Both the position numbers and the translations under genes were made by a program. Of a stretch of 42,815 bases of DNA, positions 19,673-28,382 are shown one piece after another. The notes beneath the pieces are model-generated. The model was given only the letters and a program-made list of their open reading frames with translations. It was not told the DNA's origin and did not search any database. The DNA is from a virus (taxonomy: Duplodnaviria; Caudoviricetes): positions 1 to 42,815 of the IMG/VR virus record IMGVR_UViG_3300036796_000284; one strand, written 5' to 3'. Numbering within the stretch: the stretch's first letter is position 1; every line of letters starts with the position of its first letter.

Positions 19673-21122
19673 TGGTGGCTCCTTTGTCATTAGCCGGGTC
19701 GGTATCAAACACCAGACCCTGCTTGCGGTTTTCGTCGACTTCCGCTTTACGGCGGCGTTTCACATCATCCGGATTCGCGCCACGTGCACGCACCCATTCA
19801 CTTTCTGTAGCTGCACCACCGCGTAGCAGTATTTTCCAGGCATTTGCCTCTTTAACCGGGTCAATCCACGGCATTACCGGCCCCGAGAAAACAGCGCTAT
19901 AGAGAGATTCTCTATCAACCCCATTCGGTACCGTGATTTGGCCTGAGGCGATTGCCATTTTCAGCCAGGCGCGGTATATCGGGCGGGTAACGGCGGCAAT
20001 GAAGGCGTTCTGCAGGACGAAATATCCCTCGGTTGTCTCCACCAGCTCCTGCCGTTGTGCGCTATATGTGCCGTCATAATTACGTGCGATGCTGGAAAAG
20101 CTGCCTCGTGAACCTGCCGCCACGGCGCGGAGTTGTCCGTTACGGAAAGACTCAAGGTTAGCGTTTGGGCGATCTGACTTAATCATTCCGATATCTTCAC
20201 CAGGCCGAAGATCGTCAAAAAGCATACCGGGTTGGATATCCAGCTCACGGCTTTCGCCAGACGCGTCCTCAGGATAGGTCTGCCCATCCCCTTTTTTGAT
20301 GTACATACCCAGTGCCGCAGCAATGCGTGCTGCGGTCAGTTCTGAATCCTCATACTCCTTGAGCGCAGATAGGCGTATCAAAACACCGGCCAACATCGAA
20401 TTACCCCGGATCTGATGCAGGCGACGCATAAATTTGAGGTGCAACATGCTCTCGGCACCAATATCTTTTGTCTCGCCCTGCCTCATTCCCTCCGCTGGCA
20501 GATTTTTGTACACCAAGTATTTGGTTGGTCGCCCCCAGTCATTGAGATAAATGCCCTGGCATAATTTATTGGCCGGTTCACTCCGCTCCATCGGGACAAA
20601 ATCAGGCTCGAGGGCTTCCAGCCAGAAGGGAATACCCGCAACCGGTGTTAATCCATTGCCAGTACCACTCACAAGCTGCGCAAACACTTCCCCGTCGCGC
20701 AACCAGGTGCGTGCCATAAGCCGTTCAAGTACCGGGCGGGTAAATTGTCCCGTCACATCCGGAGAGACTGACCACTCCGCCCATTTGCCGCGAATTTGCT
20801 TAGCAAGTTCACTGGATACCGCGCCTGACTTCAGTAAGGGTTGGGGTTCTACAATAATGCCATTCGCCCCGACGATGCGTTCCTCGAGCTTATCGAGCAG
20901 ACCAATAACCAGATCGTGATTACAGTCCAGCCAGCGGGCTTGTTCTCGTAGTGAGCGACCGCCAAACTGAGTCAACTGATTGGCTGAACGGTTTTCACGT
21001 TTTGCCTGGTGGGTTCGTGTTGGCAATACTGCCTCATAGGCCTGGATCATCATGCGGGATTTGAGTCTTCCTGCTTTCCAACCAGGCGAAAGGAATCCAA
21101 TCAGGTTGTCGAGGGCACTCAT
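19617..21122 (-). CDS. Portal protein (lambda family)
   Basis: AYEA, LREQARWLD.NHD, RDGEVF, Q.RG, YSA.RQEL, MPWIDPVKE motifs. Confidence 0.95.
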   Translation of the reverse strand: MSALDNLIGFLSPGWKAGRLKSRMMIQAYEAVLPTRTHQAKRENRSANQLTQFGGRSLREQARWLDCNHDLVIGLLDKLEERIVGANGIIVEPQPLLKSGAVSSELAKQIRGKWAEWSVSPDVTGQFTRPVLERLMARTWLRDGEVFAQLVSGTGNGLTPVAGIPFWLEALEPDFVPMERSEPANKLCQGIYLNDWGRPTKYLVYKNLPAEGMRQGETKDIGAESMLHLKFMRRLHQIRGNSMLAGVLIRLSALKEYEDSELTAARIAAALGMYIKKGDGQTYPEDASGESRELDIQPGMLFDDLRPGEDIGMIKSDRPNANLESFRNGQLRAVAAGSRGSFSSIARNYDGTYSAQRQELVETTEGYFVLQNAFIAAVTRPIYRAWLKMAIASGQITVPNGVDRESLYSAVFSGPVMPWIDPVKEANAWKILLRGGAATESEWVRARGANPDDVKRRRKAEVDENRKQGLVFDTDPANDKGATSGQEEKPGNEPPESQHKK

Positions 21123-21337
21123 TGTCTGAACCTCGCCAGTTTGAACCCGCCCCGTCCATTCCTTGCTGCAGATGCGGAGGCAAGCTTGCGTTCCCACTCC
21201 TGGCGTCCCTTACGGATTTCACTCAGGTTTTCCATTGTCATTTGCTGGCCGTTAAAGGTAATGGATTTCCCCCCGAGGATTGCTATCTCAGCGTCGGTGT
21301 ATTTCCGGACCATGTCCTGAATATCATTAAGCGTCAC
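21119..21337 (-). CDS. Head completion protein (gpW-like)
   Basis: 72 aa, Y..AE.AIL.GKS..FNG....MENL.EIRKGRQEWE; between terL and portal with 4-nt overlaps. Confidence 0.85.
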   Translation of the reverse strand: MTLNDIQDMVRKYTDAEIAILGGKSITFNGQQMTMENLSEIRKGRQEWERKLASASAARNGRGGFKLARFRQ

Positions 21338-23439
21338 ACCCAGCCTCCTGATTTAGATGGTGCCCATGGCGATTCGTGGGCTGGTTTCTTTGTCTTTGTA
21401 GCTGATACTGCCGGTAGCGGTTTCTCAACTGCTGCCACAACCGACATATCCGTTGAGGGCTCATCCATAAGATAGGTCTCACGACGCGCCCACTCTGGCG
21501 CATCAGGCCATTTAATCTTTTCGTAACCGTGGAGAATGACCAGAGCATGCGCATACACCATGAGGTCAAACGCTTCGTTAGCGCCCTTGCCGGGTTTAGT
21601 CCATTTGCCATCTACTGAACGCTCCTCGTAGGTCAGTTCATCGTAAAACCAGCTGCCCAGCCAGTCCGGAAAGTGGACATAGTTAGCCCCCGGTACATCG
21701 CGCCATAGCGCATTGTTGATCCGGTCCTTAAGAGCGTTGGTTTGAAGAAGGTAAAGCGGGATATCACCAGCCGCTTTTGCCCTACGGGTTGAGCGGCCTG
21801 TATTGTCCGGGAAGGTACGGGTAATGAGTTTGCTGCGCGTCTGGCTGTCACCTTTGAATAACCAGACTTTGCGTTGCAGACCATCACGACGGCAGCGGCG
21901 CCAGAACTGGTAGGCGTTGTCGGTAACACCATCTTCACCGCCGGAATCCACGCCCATTGCCAGCAGGCTCATCCGCTTTCCGGGTTCGCCATCGAGCGCC
22001 CAGGTTTTATCGAGCACATCGGTGCGTAATAAATCCCAGTCTTCGGGATAACTGCCCGGGTCAATATGCAGACTTTCGCCCTCAGGATTACATCGCATGG
22101 ATTGCGTGATGTTGTAGCGATCGACAATCCATCGCTCTCCCTGGGCGCCATAGCCAATTACCTGAACGACGAAGCGGCGATTCTTACCACCCTGAACATC
22201 GACCGTCGCCACCATAACTTGAACACCTGCTGGAACCCTGCGTTTCTCGACCAGCTCCGCACGCAGCTGAAGTTCGTCACCTTTGCGCTGCTCGAGGCTG
22301 GCGCGCGGCAGATAGGGTAGTCCCCAGTCGGTATTGATCACCGTCTTGAGAGTTTCTTCGCTGCCGTTGACTTCATATTCCTGCTCGGCGGTCAGTAGTT
22401 TGTAAACCAGTTGCTGCCAGCTCTGGTAAGCGGCTGCCGGACCTTCCATCCAGAACGAAGCGATACGAGAACGACGCGCCTCACCCGTTATGTTGCCTTC
22501 TCGGTCAATTTTCTGACCCTCACGCAACCAGATGCCCTTCATATTCAGGCTGCGTTTCATATCCGCAGTAATCACCCCGGAACACGATGGGCAGATAATA
22601 TGAGCAGCTTCACTGGCTTTCACCGGATCGCTGATTTCGCGATATCCGGTCATAGCCTTCATTTCAGGCTGGAAATGTTCACCGCAGTGCGGGCAAGGCC
22701 AATACCAGCGACGGCGATCACCGCGGTTATAAAGAGACAAAATCCCGGTTGTAGGTGGCGCTTCGTGCTCTGAGCTGCGACGCCATTTGGTATCGCGAAT
22801 ATCACGCCCGGGTGAGCTTTCCACCAGCGTCATACCAGAGGACATAAAGGTGGTCGTACGTTTCGATGCAAGTGAAAAGGCATCACCCTCCCCGTCAATA
22901 TCTTCCGGGAAACGGTCATAATCAGTGAGCGCTACGCATTTGTAGTCTGATGAGGACATGATATTGACTGAGGGCCAGCCAATTTTGAGGTAATTCCCTG
23001 CCCGGAATGTCCGGTCGTAAACGTTGTTATCGTTACGCCTTGGGCTGAGTCGTTTCGCGACCTGTGGACTACAGCGAAAAGTACGATCGAGACGTTTTTT
23101 AGAGTGCTCACGCGCTTTCTCTTCCGTCATCTGAATAATCAGCATGTCCGACGGGTCACACACGACGTTATAAACCACCCAGCCATCTATCAGGCCAATT
23201 GTCTTACCGGTTCGCGCAGGGCCTACAAACACCACCGCATCATATTCACGCGACGCCAGGCAGTTCATTGGCTCGATGACATACGGGGCTAAATTTGGGT
23301 CCCACGGAACAGAGTTTCCAGCCCCCATTGGCACGCGCATATATTCAGTGACCGCATCGGCCACCAGCATGCGGCTTGGGGCACGAAGTATTCCAGGCAC
23401 ATCCCTGCGGATGCCCCGGGCAGATGCCCGCTTCGCCAT
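21334..23439 (-). CDS. Terminase large subunit (gpA family)
   Basis: Walker A GPARTGKT, Walker B region LTDYD, CPHC...CPSC, VDVQ nuclease, NEAFDL.VYA. Confidence 0.96.
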   Translation of the reverse strand: MAKRASARGIRRDVPGILRAPSRMLVADAVTEYMRVPMGAGNSVPWDPNLAPYVIEPMNCLASREYDAVVFVGPARTGKTIGLIDGWVVYNVVCDPSDMLIIQMTEEKAREHSKKRLDRTFRCSPQVAKRLSPRRNDNNVYDRTFRAGNYLKIGWPSVNIMSSSDYKCVALTDYDRFPEDIDGEGDAFSLASKRTTTFMSSGMTLVESSPGRDIRDTKWRRSSEHEAPPTTGILSLYNRGDRRRWYWPCPHCGEHFQPEMKAMTGYREISDPVKASEAAHIICPSCSGVITADMKRSLNMKGIWLREGQKIDREGNITGEARRSRIASFWMEGPAAAYQSWQQLVYKLLTAEQEYEVNGSEETLKTVINTDWGLPYLPRASLEQRKGDELQLRAELVEKRRVPAGVQVMVATVDVQGGKNRRFVVQVIGYGAQGERWIVDRYNITQSMRCNPEGESLHIDPGSYPEDWDLLRTDVLDKTWALDGEPGKRMSLLAMGVDSGGEDGVTDNAYQFWRRCRRDGLQRKVWLFKGDSQTRSKLITRTFPDNTGRSTRRAKAAGDIPLYLLQTNALKDRINNALWRDVPGANYVHFPDWLGSWFYDELTYEERSVDGKWTKPGKGANEAFDLMVYAHALVILHGYEKIKWPDAPEWARRETYLMDEPSTDMSVVAAVEKPLPAVSATKTKKPAHESPWAPSKSGGWV

Positions 23440-23927
23440 CAGTCCTCCTCTGGCTCTTCCTCCTCCGGTTCAGCATCCAGAACGCGCTGGGCGATCTGGT
23501 CACGTAAATCATCAATAACGCTTTGCACCCGGCTCACCGCGACAGGCGTCAGCGCACAGTCACGCTCCAGAATATCCGGCAGTGTTTCGAGAACCTGCAC
23601 CACGGCTTTTGCCATAACTGAAAATTCACGCGCCACTTCGTCGGCCGGAATAAGCTGGCCTGTGTCCTGTTCAAACTTGAGACGTTCGTTTTCGGCTTTC
23701 CAGTGTGAGAGTCTGTCGGAAGGCTGCATGTCTTCAGTGGAAACTGAAACACTCGGGATCATCAGCTCAGTTAAAACATCGGTGATGAGGTAGAGCTTTA
23801 GTTTGCTGTTGCTGCCGGGTGCCGGAGGGACGTTTTTAAGACGGGTGGCGACGGTCTGCCGATGTACGCCAGTGATCCCGGCAAGCTGATTGATGTTGAG
23901 TTTCTGGGTAGCTACTTCCTGGTCCAT
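23439..23927 (-). CDS. Terminase small subunit (Nu1/DUF1441-like)
   Basis: N-terminal HTH (LNINQLAGITGVHRQTV), LETLPDILERD; abuts terL. Confidence 0.9.
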   Translation of the reverse strand: MDQEVATQKLNINQLAGITGVHRQTVATRLKNVPPAPGSNSKLKLYLITDVLTELMIPSVSVSTEDMQPSDRLSHWKAENERLKFEQDTGQLIPADEVAREFSVMAKAVVQVLETLPDILERDCALTPVAVSRVQSVIDDLRDQIAQRVLDAEPEEEEPEED

Positions 23928-24038
23928 GATGGTGAACACTTTTTGAACGTTTCGACATCTTTGCAAATTGCCATTCTTATAAAACAGCAAGTTAGATACA
24001 TGATGATGATGACCCTAGATCATGAAAACTAGCCGTTT

Positions 24039-24085
24039 CCCGCGTGCCCGCCGCCTCGTGGCAGGCCGGATCGCCGGGAGTACCT
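24039..24085 (-). other. Lambda-like cos site (cosQ-cosN); predicted 12-nt cohesive end AGGCGGCGGGCA at 24045-24056
   Basis: Minus strand AGGTACT-CCCGGCGATCCGGCCTGCCACG-AGGCGGCGGGCA-CGCGGG parallels lambda GGGTCCT-TTCCGGTGATCCGACAGGTTACG-GGGCGGCGACCT-CGCGGG; upstream of terS. Confidence 0.75.
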
Positions 24086-24133
24086 TTTCAGATGAGAATA
24101 CATATCATTTGATTGTTTCTTGAGCGGGCAAGA

Positions 24134-24475
24134 TCAGAAGCCGAGACGCACGCGTCCCTCAGAGTCATTCGGGTTAGTGGTGATCCAGGCGGTGCCGGCG
24201 AAGGCATTAGTATCGGAGCCATCCTTCTCATCAGAAGTTAGCTTGTCGTCTTTGGTCAGCCACAGGCGTACACCTCGCTGCCATGTACCTGCTACAACCT
24301 TGGGTAAGGTGAATACACCCGCCATCATCAGCACACCGTCTGCATCAACCGGGATATCATGTTGTGCAATACCGATGAGCGCACCGACGATAACGGGCTG
24401 ACCCGATACCACGTCTTTGCTGGTCCCGTTATGCCAGTCCATAGTGGAGCCGTCCTGATAGTAGTTCTTAGCCAT
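24134..24475 (-). CDS. Second DUF2190 family protein
   Basis: MAKNYYQDG, VVSGQPVIVG..IGIA..DI, GVFTLPK, VRLG; GAGGT RBS; clear paralog of 17245..17568. Confidence 0.85.
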   Translation of the reverse strand: MAKNYYQDGSTMDWHNGTSKDVVSGQPVIVGALIGIAQHDIPVDADGVLMMAGVFTLPKVVAGTWQRGVRLWLTKDDKLTSDEKDGSDTNAFAGTAWITTNPNDSEGRVRLGF

Positions 24476-24644
24476 GTGGTTACCTCAAGGAAAGAATGCA
24501 GAATAAATTAGGCAGGAATTGTTGAATTGCATACAGACGCATACGGGGCACCATCAATAGTGACCTGCATAGAAGCTGCAATATAAAAGCCATCAGCCAA
24601 TGCCAGTGCTCTGAATGTGATAATTAGGGAGTGATTCGAACCCT

Positions 24645-24717
24645 TGAGCAGGGTTGTAAGTGACCTCTGCACGGCTATCACGCTTACAGCAGTGTAAGCT
24701 TCATCTGGATCTGCTCA
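24645..24717. ncRNA. Candidate structured RNA in the lysis-packaging intergenic region
   Basis: Nested stems TGAGCAGG/TCTGCTCA and GTTGTAAGTGA/TCA..CTTACAGC with apical loop TCTGCAC (GTGCAGA on the minus strand). Confidence 0.3.
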
Positions 24718-24979
24718 TGCCGACATCTCGCGCACCTTTTATTATCGCTAAGCGCTAACAGTAACGTGATATGGCCATTGAATGCAGTTACAGCGAGGAA
24801 ATCCCCAGCTTACTCAGCATCCTTAACCATACGGATACCATTCCATCGTACATATTGGAAATGAACTGTTACCTCTCTTGGATTAATCATAATCTGCATT
24901 GTATACATAGCTTATGTAATAATGAAAAACCTGTAAAATTAATCAAAGAATGTTCCCAACTTGACCTAAGGAAGATGTT

Positions 24980-25405
24980 ATGTCTAACGAATCAAAATTC
25001 AACCAGATTGCCTCTTTATATTTTGGTGGTAAAAGAGGAGGAGAAATTACTCATGACAAAATTGAGCATGCCAATATCGAACGGCAAATAGCAGAAGGGC
25101 CAGGAGCCCGCCAATCCTTTACTAATATGAGTCACGTTACCATCCGAGATAGTTATTGCGGACCAGATGCAAGCAAGCACAATTTAGCCCTACTCATTAG
25201 AGATATATCTGTGTCAGAAAATGATAAAGCACATCTATTAATTCCTTTGCTAGAAAAAATTATAGATAAATCAAACCCAGCCGAACAAAAAAGCAACTAC
25301 AAAAAGCTTCTAGAATATATTGCACTCCATAATGATGCTATTGGTCCTTTAGCCGCCACAGCAATTACTCTTGCAACTACAATTATTTCCAACATTCCTT
25401 CATAA
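24980..25405 (+). CDS. Hypothetical AT-rich moron, opposite to late transcription
   Basis: 141 aa ORF with AAGGAAG RBS, low GC, hydrophobic C-terminal helix; convergent with the spanin genes. Confidence 0.7.
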   Translation: MSNESKFNQIASLYFGGKRGGEITHDKIEHANIERQIAEGPGARQSFTNMSHVTIRDSYCGPDASKHNLALLIRDISVSENDKAHLLIPLLEKIIDKSNPAEQKSNYKKLLEYIALHNDAIGPLAATAITLATTIISNIPS

Positions 25406-25443
25406 AAATTGTTAGCGAACGTTGAGGCTTTAAAGTGATTTAA

Positions 25444-25671
25444 CTATTGTTTCTTTAATGCCTCACAGTTTACCTGCCACGCTTTATTATGCGCCAGTAT
25501 GTCACGTTTGATGTGCCCGCTCATTACATCGATATCGTGTTTTGTCAAATAAATTGGCTTCACCCAGTCACAAGCAGTGTCTATAACTTCAGGTTTTACG
25601 GGTCCAGTTGTCGTGCAGCTCGCGATCAACGTTGTCATCAGGCATATGGTTAACAGTCTGCTGAACATCAC
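25444..25671 (-). CDS. Outer-membrane spanin (Rz1-like lipoprotein)
   Basis: Signal peptide with IASC lipobox, DTAC.W..PI...HN..W...C; overlaps the 3' end of the i-spanin. Confidence 0.85.
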   Translation of the reverse strand: MMFSRLLTICLMTTLIASCTTTGPVKPEVIDTACDWVKPIYLTKHDIDVMSGHIKRDILAHNKAWQVNCEALKKQ

Positions 25672-25858
25672 TAGCTCCTTTTGTTGCCTCTACCCGGCGT
25701 TCTGCCACTGCATTAGTTGCCGCAACGATTTCTTCATTACGTTGTTTATCAGCTACAGACTCAGCCTTAGTGGTACCGCGAGAGTGACCAAAACCAAACG
25801 CACCGGTAATGACTGCAACCAACAGACCAATGGCACCAAGAATCATTTCAATGCTCAT
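25589..25858 (-). CDS. Inner-membrane spanin (Rz-like)
   Basis: N-terminal TM helix and helical periplasmic tail, right after the endolysin. Confidence 0.8.
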   Translation of the reverse strand: MSIEMILGAIGLLVAVITGAFGFGHSRGTTKAESVADKQRNEEIVAATNAVAERRVEATKGASDVQQTVNHMPDDNVDRELHDNWTRKT

Positions 25859-25867
25859 TCAGTCTCC

Positions 25868-26482
25868 TTAAACCATCAACACCGCACGTGCTTTGTTATA
25901 GCGAGCTTTGCGGTCATCGATACCGTTCTGGCCACCGTTAATAATCTGCGTAACACGGACAACGTCGCCGGAATACAGCAGGCAGCCACGCAGGGTGTAA
26001 TACCAGGCGGCTGAACGAGCAGCATGTCGCTCCTGCTCGAGGAGTTCAGGTGTGCTGATAAGGTCAAGCTTCAGTGCGGTACCGCATTTGGTGTAATTTT
26101 CACGACCAGTGATTTGAATCAGTCCGCGTCCCCGATATTTCCAGCCATCACCCGCTTCTTTATTACCCATGCGACTGCCATAAACCAATTTGGCAATCTG
26201 TGGCTGGTGAGCTGCCTGAGTCGTGGTACGCCCGAGCATTTCGCACTGATAAGGTGTCAGGCGATTACCGAAGGTTTTCTTCAGACTATCCACGGAATAG
26301 TTGAAGCTTTCCACCAGAGTGCTGAATCCAGATGATTCATGCCCGACCTGCGCAATAAACATCGACTGGTCAGTAGGTGACGTAATGCCAAATTCTGTCA
26401 TTGCTGTATCAATGTGCTGAAACCAGCGCACAGCTAATCCGGCGCTGATACCAGCCGCCATTTGAAATTGTTGTTGATTCAT
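25868..26482 (-). CDS. Endolysin, glycoside hydrolase family 19
   Basis: FIAQVGHES, E.FNYS, GDGWKYRGRGLIQITGRENY, INGG.NG..DR. Confidence 0.95.
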   Translation of the reverse strand: MNQQQFQMAAGISAGLAVRWFQHIDTAMTEFGITSPTDQSMFIAQVGHESSGFSTLVESFNYSVDSLKKTFGNRLTPYQCEMLGRTTTQAAHQPQIAKLVYGSRMGNKEAGDGWKYRGRGLIQITGRENYTKCGTALKLDLISTPELLEQERHAARSAAWYYTLRGCLLYSGDVVRVTQIINGGQNGIDDRKARYNKARAVLMV

Positions 26483-26763
26483 CAGAGCCTCAGAGCATCA
26501 ACCAGTCGGGCAAGGTTCCCTCGGGAACGCAGCACAACAGCGCAGATAATGAGATTGACGACCACCACCAGCCAGTGTGATTCGCTGTAGAGGCCGCAAA
26601 GGTAACGGAACGGGACACTGGCATAAGCCAGAACAGCAAGATAAGCCAGCCATGACACCCATGGGCGGTGCCTGGCTCCTTTCTTACGATAGAACATCAG
26701 AACGCCGACTATCACTACGCAGATAACAACGTTAACAGTCGCTATTGGGTCACTTGTTACCAT
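26482..26763 (-). CDS. Holin-family membrane protein
   Basis: 93 aa with three hydrophobic segments and RHRP..S, RGNLARL motifs; directly before the endolysin. Confidence 0.85.
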   Translation of the reverse strand: MVTSDPIATVNVVICVVIVGVLMFYRKKGARHRPWVSWLAYLAVLAYASVPFRYLCGLYSESHWLVVVVNLIICAVVLRSRGNLARLVDALRL

Positions 26764-27130
26764 TTGTCCCCCCTCTGAATCGTGAGAACACCCCGGCTAT
26801 ATCCTGATTGTTGAAGAAGGTGAGGATCTTGATTGCCAATGCCGAGATGATAACGGCGCCCAGTGCATCAAGAGGTTTGTCACTGTAGCCCGTCAACACC
26901 GCAAGCTTTGAACCCACCAACCCCGCGCCAAGTACCCCAGCGATATACGACACAAGGAAGTAAGCAACGCGGCGTGGTGTAGTCAGGTCTGCCGCAGTAG
27001 CAATGTAGTAGACGGCACCTGCAAATGCGCCAAACACAACGCCGTAATCAAGACCAGACAGAATCCCGAAGAATGTGACACCAGTTAATGCAGTGGCTGC
27101 CCCGGTACCAGATATTGGATCAGCGGCCAT
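26750..27130 (-). CDS. Putative holin/antiholin membrane protein
   Basis: DYGVVFGAFAGAV.Y and DKPLDALGAVI.SAL motifs, multiple TM segments; first gene of the lysis cassette. Confidence 0.82.
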   Translation of the reverse strand: MAADPISGTGAATALTGVTFFGILSGLDYGVVFGAFAGAVYYIATAADLTTPRRVAYFLVSYIAGVLGAGLVGSKLAVLTGYSDKPLDALGAVIISALAIKILTFFNNQDIAGVFSRFRGGTNGNK

Positions 27131-27190
27131 CAAGCCCCCCTCTTTTGCTGTGCATCCTCTCAACATGAGGGGAAACGAAAAAAAGCCGCT

Positions 27191-28234
27191 CTATGGCGAC
27201 CGAATAAGTATCTCTTCTACGGTTTGCTTGAATCGTTCTTCTTCGAGCTCCACGCCTACAGCTTTACGGCCCAATTCCATCGCAGCCTTGATTGTCGATC
27301 CGGAGCCCATAAAGAAGTCAGCGACTACATCGCCGGGTTTGCTGCTGGCATTGATTATCTGCCGCAACATGTCCGCAGGCTTTTCACATGGATGCTTGCC
27401 CGGATAGAACTGGACAGGCTTGTGTGTCCATACATCGGTATACGGAACAGAGACTGAAACAGCGAAAGGACGCCGGAGCGCTTTGAACTCACCCAGCAGA
27501 TCAGAATATTGTCGGTTTAACGACTGCCACGTTGCCACCAGCTGGTGGTGTGGTTTATCAAGCTCATGGTTTACATGTTTCTCGATAGCAATTTGCGTGA
27601 ACAGCTCCTGCAACTTCAGATAATCAGCCTCATTCGGAAATTGCCACTGGCTGGCGCCGAACCAGTGCGAAACCATGTTCTTCTTGCCCGTCGCATCGGC
27701 GATCTGTTTTGAGGTTACACCCAGCGCTGCGCGTGCATTACGGAAGTAATCAATCAGCGGGGTCAGTACATGCTGTTTAGCGTCGCCGCACTGCACTGCG
27801 TAATTGTCGGGCTTATACGGTCCAGGATAATGCTCAGCGAACAGGACGCGTTCAGTTGCCGGGAAGTAAGAGCGCAGGCTTTCTTTATTGCAGCCGTTCC
27901 ACCGCCCGGAAGGTTTGGCCCAGATGATGTGGTTCAAAATATTGAAGCGGTGGCGCATCAGCAGTTCAATATCAGCTGCCAGTCGATGACCGCTGAATAA
28001 ATAGATGCTGCCGTTAGGCTTTAGCACCCGCCAGAATTCAGCAAGGCACGTATCAAGCCATGCCAGATAGTCTTCATCACCGCGCCACTGATTATCCCAG
28101 CCGTGCGGCTTTACCTTGAAATAAGGCGGGTCAGTGACGATTAAATCGATGGAATTATCCGCAAGGGAAGCAAGAACCTGAATACAATCAGCGTTGAATA
28201 ACTCAACACTGTTTATTTTTACAGTATTTTTCAT
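27191..28234 (-). CDS. Orphan DNA amino-methyltransferase (N6-A/N4-C, beta class)
   Basis: Catalytic TDPPY near the N-terminus; HPCEKP and DFFMGSGST SAM motif near the C-terminus. Confidence 0.94.
   Translation of the reverse strand: MKNTVKINSVELFNADCIQVLASLADNSIDLIVTDPPYFKVKPHGWDNQWRGDEDYLAWLDTCLAEFWRVLKPNGSIYLFSGHRLAADIELLMRHRFNILNHIIWAKPSGRWNGCNKESLRSYFPATERVLFAEHYPGPYKPDNYAVQCGDAKQHVLTPLIDYFRNARAALGVTSKQIADATGKKNMVSHWFGASQWQFPNEADYLKLQELFTQIAIEKHVNHELDKPHHQLVATWQSLNRQYSDLLGEFKALRRPFAVSVSVPYTDVWTHKPVQFYPGKHPCEKPADMLRQIINASSKPGDVVADFFMGSGSTIKAAMELGRKAVGVELEEERFKQTVEEILIRSP
28207..28226. promoter_or_regulatory. LexA-box match inside the first codons of the late methyltransferase
   Basis: TACTGTAAAAATAAACAGTG (minus strand) = CTGT-N8-ACAG with an AT-only spacer. 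Confidence 0.55.
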
Positions 28235-28257
28235 AGATCAGTAAGCGGGACTCTGAT

Positions 28258-28355
28258 AGGCTCACTGGGCTTTGCGCAAAAGCAGTGGGCCTTGGTTCGC
28301 TTGTGACGTTACAGCATGAGCGAATGACTGGTGAGTGCTACCAACACCACCAGTC
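28258..28355. ncRNA. Candidate structured leader/antisense RNA upstream of the methyltransferase
   Basis: Three back-to-back hairpins: AGGCTCACTG/CAGTGGGCCT, TTCGCTTGTG/CATGAGCGAA, GACTGGTG/CACCAGTC. Confidence 0.45.
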
Positions 28356-28382
28356 GCCCATTTTCACAGCAAGAATTGCCAT

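Noticed and set aside
5254-23518. Many 60-170 aa plus-strand ORFs opposite the structural genes
   Set aside because: Antisense shadows of well-supported head and tail genes, without RBS or recognisable motifs
24001-24012. TGA x4 microsatellite near cos
   Set aside because: Too short and non-coding to indicate phase variation; possibly part of the terminase-binding region
24627-24645. GGGTTCGAATC on the minus strand resembling a tRNA T-arm
   Set aside because: The T-stem does not pair and no acceptor, D or anticodon arms can be built; not called as tRNA or att
24771-25091. 106-aa plus-strand ORF overlapping the moron
   Set aside because: No clear RBS, overlaps the better-supported 24980 ORF in another frame, and the composition is not convincingly protein-like
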